A model generated the notes under the pieces. It was not told where the DNA came from, ran no database searches, and was given only the letters and a program-made list of their open reading frames with translations. Source: an uncultured candidatus Brocadiaceae bacterium (GTDB taxonomy: Bacteria > Planctomycetota > UBA11346). Taken from it: a stretch of 64,000 nt of DNA. Every line of letters starts with the position of its first letter. The stretch's first letter is position 1. Of the stretch, positions 44,393 to 53,809 are shown one piece after another. Where the stretch lies: NCBI GenBank assembly GCA_964652775.1, contig CAZZAM010000001.1:128023-192022 (forward strand), read 5' to 3'. The translations under genes were made by a program, and so were the position numbers.

Positions 44393-47329
44393 ATGACCAC
44401 CTCAGATACTGACGACGAACAACTGCTTGCAGGCTGGCGAGCCGGTCAAGACGAGGTGGCACTCCAGACTCTCTACGCTCGTCATGCCCGACTGGTTGCC
44501 TCAACCTGCCGACGCTGCGGCTCCCCCGACGCTGATGAGGCAACGCAGGCCGTATTCATGGTGCTTATGCGGCGCTCTGGCTCAGTCCCCAACCGCTGCT
44601 TGGCTGGATGGCTGACCATTACTGCACGTCGTGTCGTTCATCATCAACACCGAGCTATTCAGCGTCGGCAACATCACGAACAGGAAGCAGCCATGAAACT
44701 CGCTTGTCAACCTCCGGAACTCGCTGAATCCTCATCCTGGGATGACGCTCGTCAGCACCTCGACGCCGCACTCGCCCAACTCAGCGCTGGCCGTCGCGAA
44801 GCCGTAGTACGCTACTTTCTCGAACAGAAGACCCAGTCAGTCGTAGCCACAGAACTTGGCTGTTCGACTGAGGCCGTGAAGACGCGCGTTCATGAAGGAT
44901 TGGAAAGTCTGCGTGCCTTTTTCACTCGCCGTGGTGTGCCCCTCAGCGTCGCCGCCATTTCCAGTGGTCTTGCTACCGAAATAGCTGCCGCCGAGCCGAA
45001 TCTCATGGCGACGTTCATCAATGTCTCAGCAACGCCAAGTTCCAACGCCTCAGCAACCATCCTCGCTCAGAAAGTTTGTAACGCCATGCTGCTCAACTCC
45101 ATCACCTGGACCGCTGCTGCCGTGATCGTCATCGGTTCAGGACTGACCGCCGCACTAGTCCTTGGTGCCGATACCCAACCGCCTCCGCCTCCAACTGTAA
45201 ATGCACAGCCCGAACTGGTCGAATTAACAAACTTCCGAAGTGGTATTTCACTAACCATCGATGGCCGCCTTGGTCGTGATTATGTCGTTGAACGACTCTT
45301 CCACGACGCCAAGGCCGATGACCACAGCGTCATCTATATGCGCAGTGGGACGAAAATGTCGCTGGCGCATAACGCCCTCAATGTCTACCAGGTCGATTCG
45401 AGCAGCCCCTTCAAGCAAGTGGGCATCAATGGTCCAGACGGCAAGCCCGACAGTGGCGACGAGGGAATCATCAATTTCAAAATTGACCGCGATCAGCAAA
45501 CGGGATCGAATTGGTCCGCTGGATATCAGGATCGCGGCAATACGAAATCCCAGCAATCTTGCCAAGCCTACGTGCATCCGTTCTCGCTTGCGGATTTAGA
45601 GTTTGAGCCTGGCAGCAAAGTTATTGGCAGTGTTGGCCTGCAGCCAGGCGCCGTTCCGGGACCCAACTTCTATTATCGTGGGCAACTCGACGCCTACGGC
45701 GATGAGTGGCACAGCCTGACGGTTGCCGACGACGACAGCTCATTTCAGGGTGCTCACTACACCCACAAGCATTCCAGTGACGGGAAGGTTTTTCTCTTCG
45801 TCGTCGATCCTAAAACGCCCTGTCTCAGTGTGCGTGCGCTTACCGACCAAGCACAATTTTACACCACGCCGGCAAAGACCTATTTTTTGCCGCGCATTCA
45901 TGAGCAGACCACGTACATTGCGAACGACGTCGAGTTGCAGCTACATAATCTTTGCAATGAGCGGACGATCTTTTACCGCATCGATCAAGGGGAGGCGCAG
46001 AACTACCAAGCACCACTGCGGAGCGAGAGCTTCTCCGATGGGGCTCATGTTCTCGAGTACTGGATCGACGGTGGACCGCACCGGACCCGTGCCGTGGTCA
46101 AAAACCCCGTCTCGCCCGGCGCCCAAGAAACGCATCCTCGGCTGCTGTGGGCTGATGACGCTGAACTCGCCACGATCCGTGCGCGACTTGGTCGAGAGCC
46201 ATATAAAACCATCTACGATGGAAGCCGAACGTCTGCGAAAGGTGCTGGGCACACGGCTATTGATGCGATCCTTGGGCGTGGCTCACGTAACTGGGTGAGT
46301 GCAGCGCTGGGCAACGCTTTCATTGCAAAAATCGAAGGCCCAGAGGCCAAAACGCCAACCGGAACCCGCACGTTCGCCAGCTATGCCAAACACGTACTGC
46401 TCGACAACAAACTGAGCTTCGATCCGGTCGGCATGGAGTTGAATCACAACTTTGCTCCGATGCCCACCGCCGAGTGGAATGCCTACGGCTATTACGTGGT
46501 GAATGAAGTGTACGATCTGGCCCTGGCCTACGACTTGCTGATCAGCTTCTATCGCGCCGACCAAGCGCCAGGCGGCATTACCCCAATCGAGGATCTGAAG
46601 ATACGCGATCTGCTAGCGCATTGGATCGCGATTCAGACGTACGAACTGCGTGGTTTTGAATCCGCGCCGTGGCCTCCGCGGGCAGATCCCGGCGTCGGGA
46701 TGTGGGATACCGCACGGTTGTCTGGCGCAGCTGTAGCCGCCATGGCCATGCCCGGCTACGACACGCCCTATTACGGCACCAGCGGTTTTGATGGAAAGAG
46801 TACGGCGAAGCACCAGGGCATTCCGTTCACTGGACAAGCGTTCACCTGGAAGGAACTGTTCATCGACGCCAACCAAGAGGTCGCAACGACGCCGCGCCTC
46901 TGCCGCCGATTCAACCAACTTGACGGCGGTCTTATTACCGCCAACGGACAGTTTTTTGATCGGCGTGATTATTTCGCGAATCCTCTCATGGGTCACTGTT
47001 TCCAGATCTTGGCGAACACCGCTGTCAGGACCTGTGGGAAACGCTGGCCTCTGCTTGAGCGCGCATTTGCACATGCAGCAGCCGGCCTGCTGGAAGGCGG
47101 AAAAGTTGCCGACGCATCAGACAAAGGGCCGGCCATGTTCGCCCTGCCATTGATCGTGAACCACCAGTTTCCCGCCATCGCAAACCTCATGCGCGACAAC
47201 ATAGACAAACAACCCGTCAATTACGACAACGGCAGGCGCAACGTTAACTCTCGTGGTTATATACTGTACACGGTCGGCGTGCTGGGCCTGATCTGGTACC
47301 AGGATGACATTGGGAAGGAACGGCCCTAA
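44393..47329 (+). CDS. ECF sigma factor fused via one TM helix to a large heparinase II/III- or alginate-lyase-like extracytoplasmic domain
   Basis: 978 aa. Region 2 is 'ATQAVFMVLMRR'. Region 4 is 'REAVVRYFLEQKTQSVVATELGCSTEAVKTRVHEGLESLRAFF'. The TM is 'ITWTAAAVIVIGSGLTAALVLG'. 'HPRLLWADDAELATIRARLGREPYK' is typical of the N-terminus of heparinase II/III-type lyase folds. Confidence 0.75.
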   Translation: MTTSDTDDEQLLAGWRAGQDEVALQTLYARHARLVASTCRRCGSPDADEATQAVFMVLMRRSGSVPNRCLAGWLTITARRVVHHQHRAIQRRQHHEQEAAMKLACQPPELAESSSWDDARQHLDAALAQLSAGRREAVVRYFLEQKTQSVVATELGCSTEAVKTRVHEGLESLRAFFTRRGVPLSVAAISSGLATEIAAAEPNLMATFINVSATPSSNASATILAQKVCNAMLLNSITWTAAAVIVIGSGLTAALVLGADTQPPPPPTVNAQPELVELTNFRSGISLTIDGRLGRDYVVERLFHDAKADDHSVIYMRSGTKMSLAHNALNVYQVDSSSPFKQVGINGPDGKPDSGDEGIINFKIDRDQQTGSNWSAGYQDRGNTKSQQSCQAYVHPFSLADLEFEPGSKVIGSVGLQPGAVPGPNFYYRGQLDAYGDEWHSLTVADDDSSFQGAHYTHKHSSDGKVFLFVVDPKTPCLSVRALTDQAQFYTTPAKTYFLPRIHEQTTYIANDVELQLHNLCNERTIFYRIDQGEAQNYQAPLRSESFSDGAHVLEYWIDGGPHRTRAVVKNPVSPGAQETHPRLLWADDAELATIRARLGREPYKTIYDGSRTSAKGAGHTAIDAILGRGSRNWVSAALGNAFIAKIEGPEAKTPTGTRTFASYAKHVLLDNKLSFDPVGMELNHNFAPMPTAEWNAYGYYVVNEVYDLALAYDLLISFYRADQAPGGITPIEDLKIRDLLAHWIAIQTYELRGFESAPWPPRADPGVGMWDTARLSGAAVAAMAMPGYDTPYYGTSGFDGKSTAKHQGIPFTGQAFTWKELFIDANQEVATTPRLCRRFNQLDGGLITANGQFFDRRDYFANPLMGHCFQILANTAVRTCGKRWPLLERAFAHAAAGLLEGGKVADASDKGPAMFALPLIVNHQFPAIANLMRDNIDKQPVNYDNGRRNVNSRGYILYTVGVLGLIWYQDDIGKERP

Positions 47330-47347
47330 CGATTATTGCGACTATGC

Positions 47348-48451
47348 TCAGGGCCGGATGGCATGCTTGATCACAAACGCCAGCAACGCCTCGCATTGAA
47401 AAAACTTCGGAGCCATCGGATCAGAGACGCTCGTATGGCCGCCACCGGGGATAACGATGACCTGCATGTCACCGCCAATGGCCTTGTAGCGTTTGGCGAT
47501 TTCGGCTGAGTTCTTCTCGAGCGGCACGGTGCCGTCTTTATCGCCGTGGACGTGCAGGATGGGAATATGCGCCTTGGCAATCGGCGCGAGGCGTTCGATC
47601 GGATTGTGCTGCGACAACAGCTTGTCCAACTCTGCGACGGTCATTCCGTACGCCGTCGCGGCCTTCTCCATGCCGGGATAGCTACGCAGATCGCCAACCG
47701 GATAGATGCCAGCGATCGCAGCAACGCACTCGGGATGTTCCGCGGCCCAGTTGTAGAGCATGAGACCACCGCGACTTTGTGGCAGCAGCACCACCTTCTT
47801 GGCAAGTCCATGCTTGCTGGTCGCCACGTCGTAGAACTCGGTGAACGCGGCGCGGCCAGCCGGATTGCCCATGCTTTCGCCGACCGAAACAGACACGACG
47901 GCGATGCCGGCATCGAACAATCGTTTGCACATCCACGCGTTGGCTTGGCTGAGTCCATTGGGCGCGTACCAGACCCAGGGCAGCGGCCCCTTGTTCGTCC
48001 GCTGCGTGGGCACGTAGATCACTGCCTGCGTTGGCTTGCCACCAATGAGCGCGGCCAGCAGAACCGTGACAGCCGTGCTGCCCATCATGGTCGCATTCCA
48101 GTACTCCGGCTTTTTCGCTTTCAGAACCAGCGTGCCGGCACTCCAAGTTGGCTCAAAGCCACTGAGAAAACCAACATAATCCATTGCCTTGCGCAGCGTC
48201 ATGCCCTTGGCGAGTGGAACCACCCACGGCTTGGTGGCATCACCCTCGAAGGTCACCTGCATGGGGATTCCGGTCTTCTGCGTCAGATCAAGGACAACGT
48301 CATGGACCGATTTCCACTGTTCGTACGTTTCGCTCAGCGGTTTGTTCCACCCATCGCCAGGCAGTTCAGCCGAATGCAGTGCTATGACCATACTCAGCAA
48401 GCTCCCGATAACACTGATACAGAATGTTGAGCGGATCATGTCAGATCCCAC
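47348..48451 (-). CDS. Secreted alpha/beta hydrolase (dienelactone hydrolase/prolyl-oligopeptidase-like)
   Basis: 367 aa with a signal peptide (FCISVIGSLLSMVIALHSA). It contains 'LLPQSRGGLMLYNWAA' and 'ILHVHGDKDGTVPLEKNS...GGGH'. Confidence 0.65.
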   Translation of the reverse strand: MGSDMIRSTFCISVIGSLLSMVIALHSAELPGDGWNKPLSETYEQWKSVHDVVLDLTQKTGIPMQVTFEGDATKPWVVPLAKGMTLRKAMDYVGFLSGFEPTWSAGTLVLKAKKPEYWNATMMGSTAVTVLLAALIGGKPTQAVIYVPTQRTNKGPLPWVWYAPNGLSQANAWMCKRLFDAGIAVVSVSVGESMGNPAGRAAFTEFYDVATSKHGLAKKVVLLPQSRGGLMLYNWAAEHPECVAAIAGIYPVGDLRSYPGMEKAATAYGMTVAELDKLLSQHNPIERLAPIAKAHIPILHVHGDKDGTVPLEKNSAEIAKRYKAIGGDMQVIVIPGGGHTSVSDPMAPKFFQCEALLAFVIKHAIRP

Positions 48452-49223
48452 GTTGCTTCAACCACGCACGGTCGGCCGCTGCGTGATCCCAGGTTGGTCC
48501 CTTCCAGCAATGTTCGACCGACATGGTGCCGCTGTAGCCGTCACGCAGTACTTCAGCGAAGAGCGGCGTGAGGTACTCGCTGCCATCGTTCAAATAACCA
48601 GTTTTTTCAGGGCCATACGGATGCTGGAGATGGAAATGCTGAATGTCTGGCTTGAGCAAACGATAGCCGATCAACGGATCACTGACTCCATCCGCCTGGT
48701 ACAGCACTTTCAGATTCGCGGCTTGAACCAGATCAAACAACCGCCGCGTTGATACTGGCGTATCGGCCAGCGTATGTGCGTGGGTTTCGACCACGAAGAG
48801 GATATCCGGGGCAAGTGACGTGATCTTTTTGAGATTGGTCACCGCACGCTGCCACTGTTCCGGCGTCGCAACTGCCGAGCCGATGCCGTCGTTTCCAGCA
48901 TCAACGAATGTGCGAATGCGTTTGGCGCCCAGTCGTCGAGCATAGCCAGCAAAACGAGCGGCAGACTCAATGGACTCTTTCACCAGATCGGGCAGATCGC
49001 GAGTCAGCCAGAAGTACGGCGACACTACTTCGATGCGCAGCTTCTTGGACTCAGCCAAGCGCCGAATCGCGTCAAGTTCAGCGTCGGTTTTGCCGTTGAT
49101 GTGCTGGGCGAAGATCTCGACTCCGTCATAGCCGATATCCGCCAGACGTGGAATGATCTCCTCAATTGGCTGGTCACGAAAGGCGAGAGAACAGTAACAG
49201 AGAACAGGGCGCGGCTTGTTCAT
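48441..49223 (-). CDS. Sugar phosphate isomerase/epimerase (xylose-isomerase-like TIM barrel)
   Basis: ORF 48441..49289. The start is probably the ATG at 49223 (ATGA overlap with the upstream stop), giving MNKPRPVLCYCSLAFRDQPIEEIIPRLADIGYDGVEIF...VETHAHT...EH. Confidence 0.7.
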   Translation of the reverse strand: MNKPRPVLCYCSLAFRDQPIEEIIPRLADIGYDGVEIFAQHINGKTDAELDAIRRLAESKKLRIEVVSPYFWLTRDLPDLVKESIESAARFAGYARRLGAKRIRTFVDAGNDGIGSAVATPEQWQRAVTNLKKITSLAPDILFVVETHAHTLADTPVSTRRLFDLVQAANLKVLYQADGVSDPLIGYRLLKPDIQHFHLQHPYGPEKTGYLNDGSEYLTPLFAEVLRDGYSGTMSVEHCWKGPTWDHAAADRAWLKQRGI

Positions 49224-49975
49224 GTCGTGGCCTTCTTCTTGGTTGAACCTTCTGGAGCCAGCCAACTGAAATCGTAGCGCGGTTTCCACTTCAAGCGTTC
49301 ACAGGTGTATTTCACCGCAGCGCGTTCCAACGATTCCTGCGTACTCATGACGTTGAACATTTCGAAACCCAGGTCCGGGCATTCCAGACACAGACGCGCA
49401 ACCTCGCCGATATCGCGACGATCGGTGTCGGCATAATTGATCTCGCCGATCTTCTTGCCGTACTTATCGACATTCGCCTCGCCATCGAGGATGTAGCCGA
49501 CGCGCAAACATGCGATCTGCATCTTCTCAACACGGGCAAATTGTTCGGCGATGACTTCCTGCAGCACCTTGGACAACGAGTAGTACTCGGTGCCACGGAG
49601 CGGCTGCTCGCTCGGCTTGGTACTAATGTTCGCCACCGATGTACTAGAGATAAGCACGATCCGTTTCACGCCACACGCCTTAGCCGCATGGAACAGATTG
49701 GCCGTACCCGTGACATTGATATCGAACGGCATCTTCGGTGTTTGGTAGTTGATGTTCTTTTCACCACGCGGCGCCATGTGGCCGATGACCAACGCATCCA
49801 TGCCGCGCATTGCCGCTTCGACTTGGGCGTAGTTCTCAACGCTGCCAACGACAACTTCGTGGCGCGAGGTGAACGGTACGACATCCATCAGTCGCAGCGT
49901 GTGATTGTGTTCTTCAAATGGGATAACTAAGCCGCGGCCAAGGAATCCACCAGCACCGGTGATGAGGATTTTCAT
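49220..49975 (-). CDS. NAD-dependent epimerase/dehydratase (SDR) family protein
   Basis: ORF 49220..50197. The start is probably the ATG at 49975, giving MKILITGAGGFLGRGLV (a GxxGxxG Rossmann motif). 'YSLSK' is the catalytic YxxxK. Confidence 0.8.
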   Translation of the reverse strand: MKILITGAGGFLGRGLVIPFEEHNHTLRLMDVVPFTSRHEVVVGSVENYAQVEAAMRGMDALVIGHMAPRGEKNINYQTPKMPFDINVTGTANLFHAAKACGVKRIVLISSTSVANISTKPSEQPLRGTEYYSLSKVLQEVIAEQFARVEKMQIACLRVGYILDGEANVDKYGKKIGEINYADTDRRDIGEVARLCLECPDLGFEMFNVMSTQESLERAAVKYTCERLKWKPRYDFSWLAPEGSTKKKATT

Positions 49976-50106
49976 GCTGCTTACTCCTGTGGCGAGAATG
50001 GTGGCAGCATGATCGGCAATGCCAGCGGCGCTGGGAAGGTCAAGCGCCTGCTTGACCTTGAGCATCGCATTGCCCCATGGTCGAGCTGGTGCTCGACCCT
50101 CCCAGG

Positions 50107-52368
50107 CTAGAACGCGTCGAAGGAGATCATCTGCAGATCGACGCCAAAAGACGTAAGCATAGCCGTGCATGCCTCGATCATCTTCGGTGGTCCGCACAGA
50201 TAAAACTCAATCGCGCGCGGGTTGGCGTGTGTCGCCAGATATTTCTCACGCACGACCTCATGAATGAACCCAGTTGGACCATCCCAGGCATCCCCTTCCT
50301 GCGGTTCGCTGAGCGCGGGATGGAACGTGAAGTTGCGGTTACGAGCGGCGATCGCAGCAAAGTCCTCGTGATAGAATAATTCGCGGCGCGAACGCGCTCC
50401 GTACCAATAACTCACTCGACGCGCGGTTGGCTCCTGACCGAACAACTGCAATAGATGCGCACGAATCGGCGCCATGCCCGCGCCACCGCCGATGTAAACC
50501 ATCTCGCGCTGGGTCGGCTTGATGTGGAAATCACCGAAGGGACCAATGCCAGTCACCGTGTCGCCGGGCTTGAGGCTGAACACCCACGCTGAACCGACAC
50601 CCGGCGGGATGGTGCCTCCTGGTGGCGGCGTTGCGATGCGGATGTTGAAGCGCAGGCCGCGTTCATTGGGCCCACTGGCGATCGAATAATTATTGCGACG
50701 ACTCGTGCCATCGTGGCTGGCGGCTAACTCCAGCAAACCTTGTGCGCGCCAGGATGCCGCAAAAGGTTCAGGAATGATCAGGTCACGGAAAGCGATGCGC
50801 CCGTAATTCGGAATGTCGAGCTGCAGGTAATCACCCGGCGTAAATGCACAGGCACCGTCAAGCGGCTCTAACACCAACTCGGTGATGAACGTGGCGACCA
50901 AGCGATTGGAGACGACCCGGAAGCGCAACGTGCGTTGTTCACGCGCGCCAGCTCCACCGGCCGCCGCAACGTTCAACCACAGGGTGCCATCGCGGTTCTC
51001 AAGTTGGTAGGTTCGCAGCGCGCGACACACCGGCGCCCGCGCTGGCGATCCGTCGCTCAGTTCGAAGCGCCCGTTGTGCTTCGGACATTCGATCTGCCGA
51101 CCCTTCACTAAACCTTCAGCTAGGTGACTGTTACCGTGGGTACAGATGCCGTCCGTCGCGTGGTACGCGCCTTCATCGGTCAAATAGAGCGCATAGGTAC
51201 GCTTGCCATGATCGCAGCGGATGACCTGACCGCGCGCAAGTTGCGCTGCCGCACCGACGGCCAACCAACCCGCGTTATCGGGTATCCCGGAGACGGCATA
51301 CTGAGTCGGTGATGATCGCGACGGCGGCGTGGGCAGTTGACGATGCACGCACCAGGTTGGTTCACGTCGCTGACGCAGTAGCGCCGGAATGATCTCACGG
51401 AATGCGGCAACGATGCTTGGATAGGGCGTCGGCATGTCGGCCTTCACCGCGGCATGCAGTCTGGGGAGATTATGATACGGCACGAGGGGAAACATATGGT
51501 GCTCGACGTGATAATTCATATTCCAGTACAAGTAGCGGTGCAGCCAGTTCATGTACACCGTGCGGCAGTTGAGCCGGTGATCGAGCACGTCTTCAGCCAG
51601 GCCAGCGTGCTGCGTCAGACCGTACATCGGCATCAACCACGAACCATAGAGGTTCGGCAAACCAATGAACATGAGCGGCAAGATGCTGCCACTGACCAGA
51701 GCTGTTGCGATGACCGCCGCGTAAATCAACGCCGAGATCCGCGCCTTGAAGAAGACCTTGCCGTATTCGCTTTCGGGCACGTACATGCGCTCGTCCGGAT
51801 GCATGACGCCAACGCAATGCATGGCGAGGCGGGTGAAATACATCTTCATCGCCATGACGCCGAAGAAACTCAAGATGAGACCAGTGAAATCCGGCGGACG
51901 AGGCACCGCAATCTCAGGATCACGGCCGGTAATGATCGTGTCGCTGTGATGACGGGTGTGGCTCCAACGCCACGGCGTCGATTCGCGCATGACCATGAAC
52001 GAAGCGATCTCGTACAATACATTGTTCATCCAATCGGTCTTGAACGCCGTGCCGTGACTCGACTCATGCCAACGTGAGTCAGATGTCGTTCCGTAAATGA
52101 CGCCGTAGATCGCAAACGGAATAATCGCCCACCACGACGGCCACAACACATACCCAGCCCAACCGGAAACCCCCAGCAGCGTGAACCAGATCAGCGTATC
52201 GCGGATCGCCGGGCCATCGCGACGCTCAAGCAACCTGCGCATCTCATCACGCGGCACGTGGCAGGTGTACCAATCAGCTTCGGCAAGTCCGCGTTCGATC
52301 GCGCGGCGGGCATTGGCGTCGGAAAGACTGTAGTCGGTGACGGAAGCAGGGGCAGTGGCGGTAGTCAT
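50107..52368 (-). CDS. Three-domain fusion: membrane fatty-acid-desaturase-like di-iron domain, Rieske [2Fe-2S] domain, and NqrF-like FAD/NAD(P)H reductase
   Basis: The start is at the ATG at 52368 (MTTATAPAS). The His boxes are 'HESSH', 'HTRHH' and 'HVEHH'. The Rieske motif is 'CTHGNSH...CPKHNGRF'. The FNR module has 'RNNYSIAS' and 'GGGAGMAPIRAHL', and ends 'YLCGPPKMIEACTAMLTSFGVDLQMISFDAF', which closely resembles the NqrF C-terminus. Confidence 0.8.
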   Translation of the reverse strand: MTTATAPASVTDYSLSDANARRAIERGLAEADWYTCHVPRDEMRRLLERRDGPAIRDTLIWFTLLGVSGWAGYVLWPSWWAIIPFAIYGVIYGTTSDSRWHESSHGTAFKTDWMNNVLYEIASFMVMRESTPWRWSHTRHHSDTIITGRDPEIAVPRPPDFTGLILSFFGVMAMKMYFTRLAMHCVGVMHPDERMYVPESEYGKVFFKARISALIYAAVIATALVSGSILPLMFIGLPNLYGSWLMPMYGLTQHAGLAEDVLDHRLNCRTVYMNWLHRYLYWNMNYHVEHHMFPLVPYHNLPRLHAAVKADMPTPYPSIVAAFREIIPALLRQRREPTWCVHRQLPTPPSRSSPTQYAVSGIPDNAGWLAVGAAAQLARGQVIRCDHGKRTYALYLTDEGAYHATDGICTHGNSHLAEGLVKGRQIECPKHNGRFELSDGSPARAPVCRALRTYQLENRDGTLWLNVAAAGGAGAREQRTLRFRVVSNRLVATFITELVLEPLDGACAFTPGDYLQLDIPNYGRIAFRDLIIPEPFAASWRAQGLLELAASHDGTSRRNNYSIASGPNERGLRFNIRIATPPPGGTIPPGVGSAWVFSLKPGDTVTGIGPFGDFHIKPTQREMVYIGGGAGMAPIRAHLLQLFGQEPTARRVSYWYGARSRRELFYHEDFAAIAARNRNFTFHPALSEPQEGDAWDGPTGFIHEVVREKYLATHANPRAIEFYLCGPPKMIEACTAMLTSFGVDLQMISFDAF

Positions 52369-52378
52369 GGGGATTGGT

Positions 52379-53422
52379 TCAGGAAATCGTGAAACGGAAG
52401 ACGGTGCGTTGATGATAGGGACGTCCCGGACGAACCATGATATCACCGAGATCAGGCCGCGTACTGCCATCGGGATAGCGCTGCGATTCGAGGCAGAAAC
52501 CCGTGTGTTTACCATAAGCACGGCCAGATGGACCGACACAGGAACCATCAAGCATCACGCCGGAATAGAACTGCAAAGCTGGCTCGGTGCTGAGTACTTC
52601 CAACGTACGACCACTCTGCGGATCACGTGCCCAGGCAACCGGAATCGGAGCAGGATTCGGATCGCGCGCGATACAGTAGTTGTCGCCATGCTGTTGATCT
52701 AGATGAGGGATCACGTCGCCAAGCCGACGTGGTCGCCGTAGATCTGCTGGTGTCCCAGCAACAGGAACCAGCTTGCCGGATAAGGTCATCTCAGCACCCA
52801 GCGGCGGCACGCGTTGATCCGCTGCGATCGAGAGATGATGATCGTCAATGCGGCCTGAACCTTCGCCGGCAAGATTGAAATACGTGTGATTGGTGAGACT
52901 GAGTGGCGTTGGCCGATCACCGGTCGCAACATAATCGAGCGTCAGTGCACCAGTGTCATCAAGGCTATAGGTTACGACAACAGCAACGGTTCCAGGATAA
53001 CCCTCTTCGCCATGCGGGCTGGTATAGCTGAGTTGAACTGCATTGGTTGGACTCGTTCCGGGAACATCACTCATCGCCCAGAGCCGCTGATCGAAGCCAA
53101 CAACTCCACCGTGCAGATGGTTCTTACCGTTGTTGAGCGCGAGTTGAATTGCTGTGCCATCAACCAACAGTCGGCCAGCAGTAACCCGACCGGCGATTCG
53201 CCCGACGATGCAGCCGAAGTACGGATGCCGTTTGAGATAGGGCTCCAAGCGATCAAAGCCCAATGCCACCGAGGCCATGCGTCCAGCGCGATCGGGCATA
53301 CTGATGCGCGTGATCGTGCCGCCATAGGCGATGACGTCGACTTCGACGCCGCGTTGATTCTTGAGCGTACGAATGGGAACCGCACGTCCGTCGGGTAAGG
53401 TTCCGAAAATGCGCTCAGTCAT
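52379..53422 (-). CDS. galM: Aldose 1-epimerase (galactose mutarotase)
   Basis: The start is at the ATG at 53422 (MTERIFGTLPDGRAV). It contains 'VIAYGGTITRI', 'NNGKNHLHGG', 'TNHTYFNL' and 'FCLE'. Confidence 0.85.
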   Translation of the reverse strand: MTERIFGTLPDGRAVPIRTLKNQRGVEVDVIAYGGTITRISMPDRAGRMASVALGFDRLEPYLKRHPYFGCIVGRIAGRVTAGRLLVDGTAIQLALNNGKNHLHGGVVGFDQRLWAMSDVPGTSPTNAVQLSYTSPHGEEGYPGTVAVVVTYSLDDTGALTLDYVATGDRPTPLSLTNHTYFNLAGEGSGRIDDHHLSIAADQRVPPLGAEMTLSGKLVPVAGTPADLRRPRRLGDVIPHLDQQHGDNYCIARDPNPAPIPVAWARDPQSGRTLEVLSTEPALQFYSGVMLDGSCVGPSGRAYGKHTGFCLESQRYPDGSTRPDLGDIMVRPGRPYHQRTVFRFTIS

Positions 53423-53495
53423 GGCTGCCTCAGAGAAACAACATCGCAACGTTCAAGACTTACGCGAAAATTTCTAGAACATGCCAGCGGGTTGA

Positions 53496-53669
53496 CAGGG
53501 CCAACGGCCCGAACCCATCCCAGCCCAGGGCAACGCCCTGGGGAATGAGATGCGTAGATATGAGCCCTGTAGGGGCGATCTATTGGGTCGCCCCTACAGG
53601 GCTCACCGAATATTTGAACCATACCCAGGGCGTTGCCCTGGGCTGGGATAGGTCGGGCCGTTGGCCCTG
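53496..53669. repeat. Compound palindromic element (~174 nt, three nested hairpins)
   Basis: The outer arms CAGGGCCAACGGCCCGA...CCCAGGGCAACGCCCTGGG and CCCAGGGCGTTGCCCTGGG...TCGGGCCGTTGGCCCTG are complementary. The central hairpin is GAGCCCTGTAGGGGCGA-tctattggg-TCGCCCCTACAGGGCTC. Confidence 0.8.
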
Positions 53670-53809
53670 CAGGAGAAACGCAGACACGAGTCCGAATTAT
53701 TCTCGCCTGCTTTCTCGTCATGACATCTGGCCGCATGCCGATCAACCTCCTGGGGCGGCTAGGTCATCGGGAATTTGCGTGTGGTCAATGCCATGGTTGG
53801 GGTAGAGGG

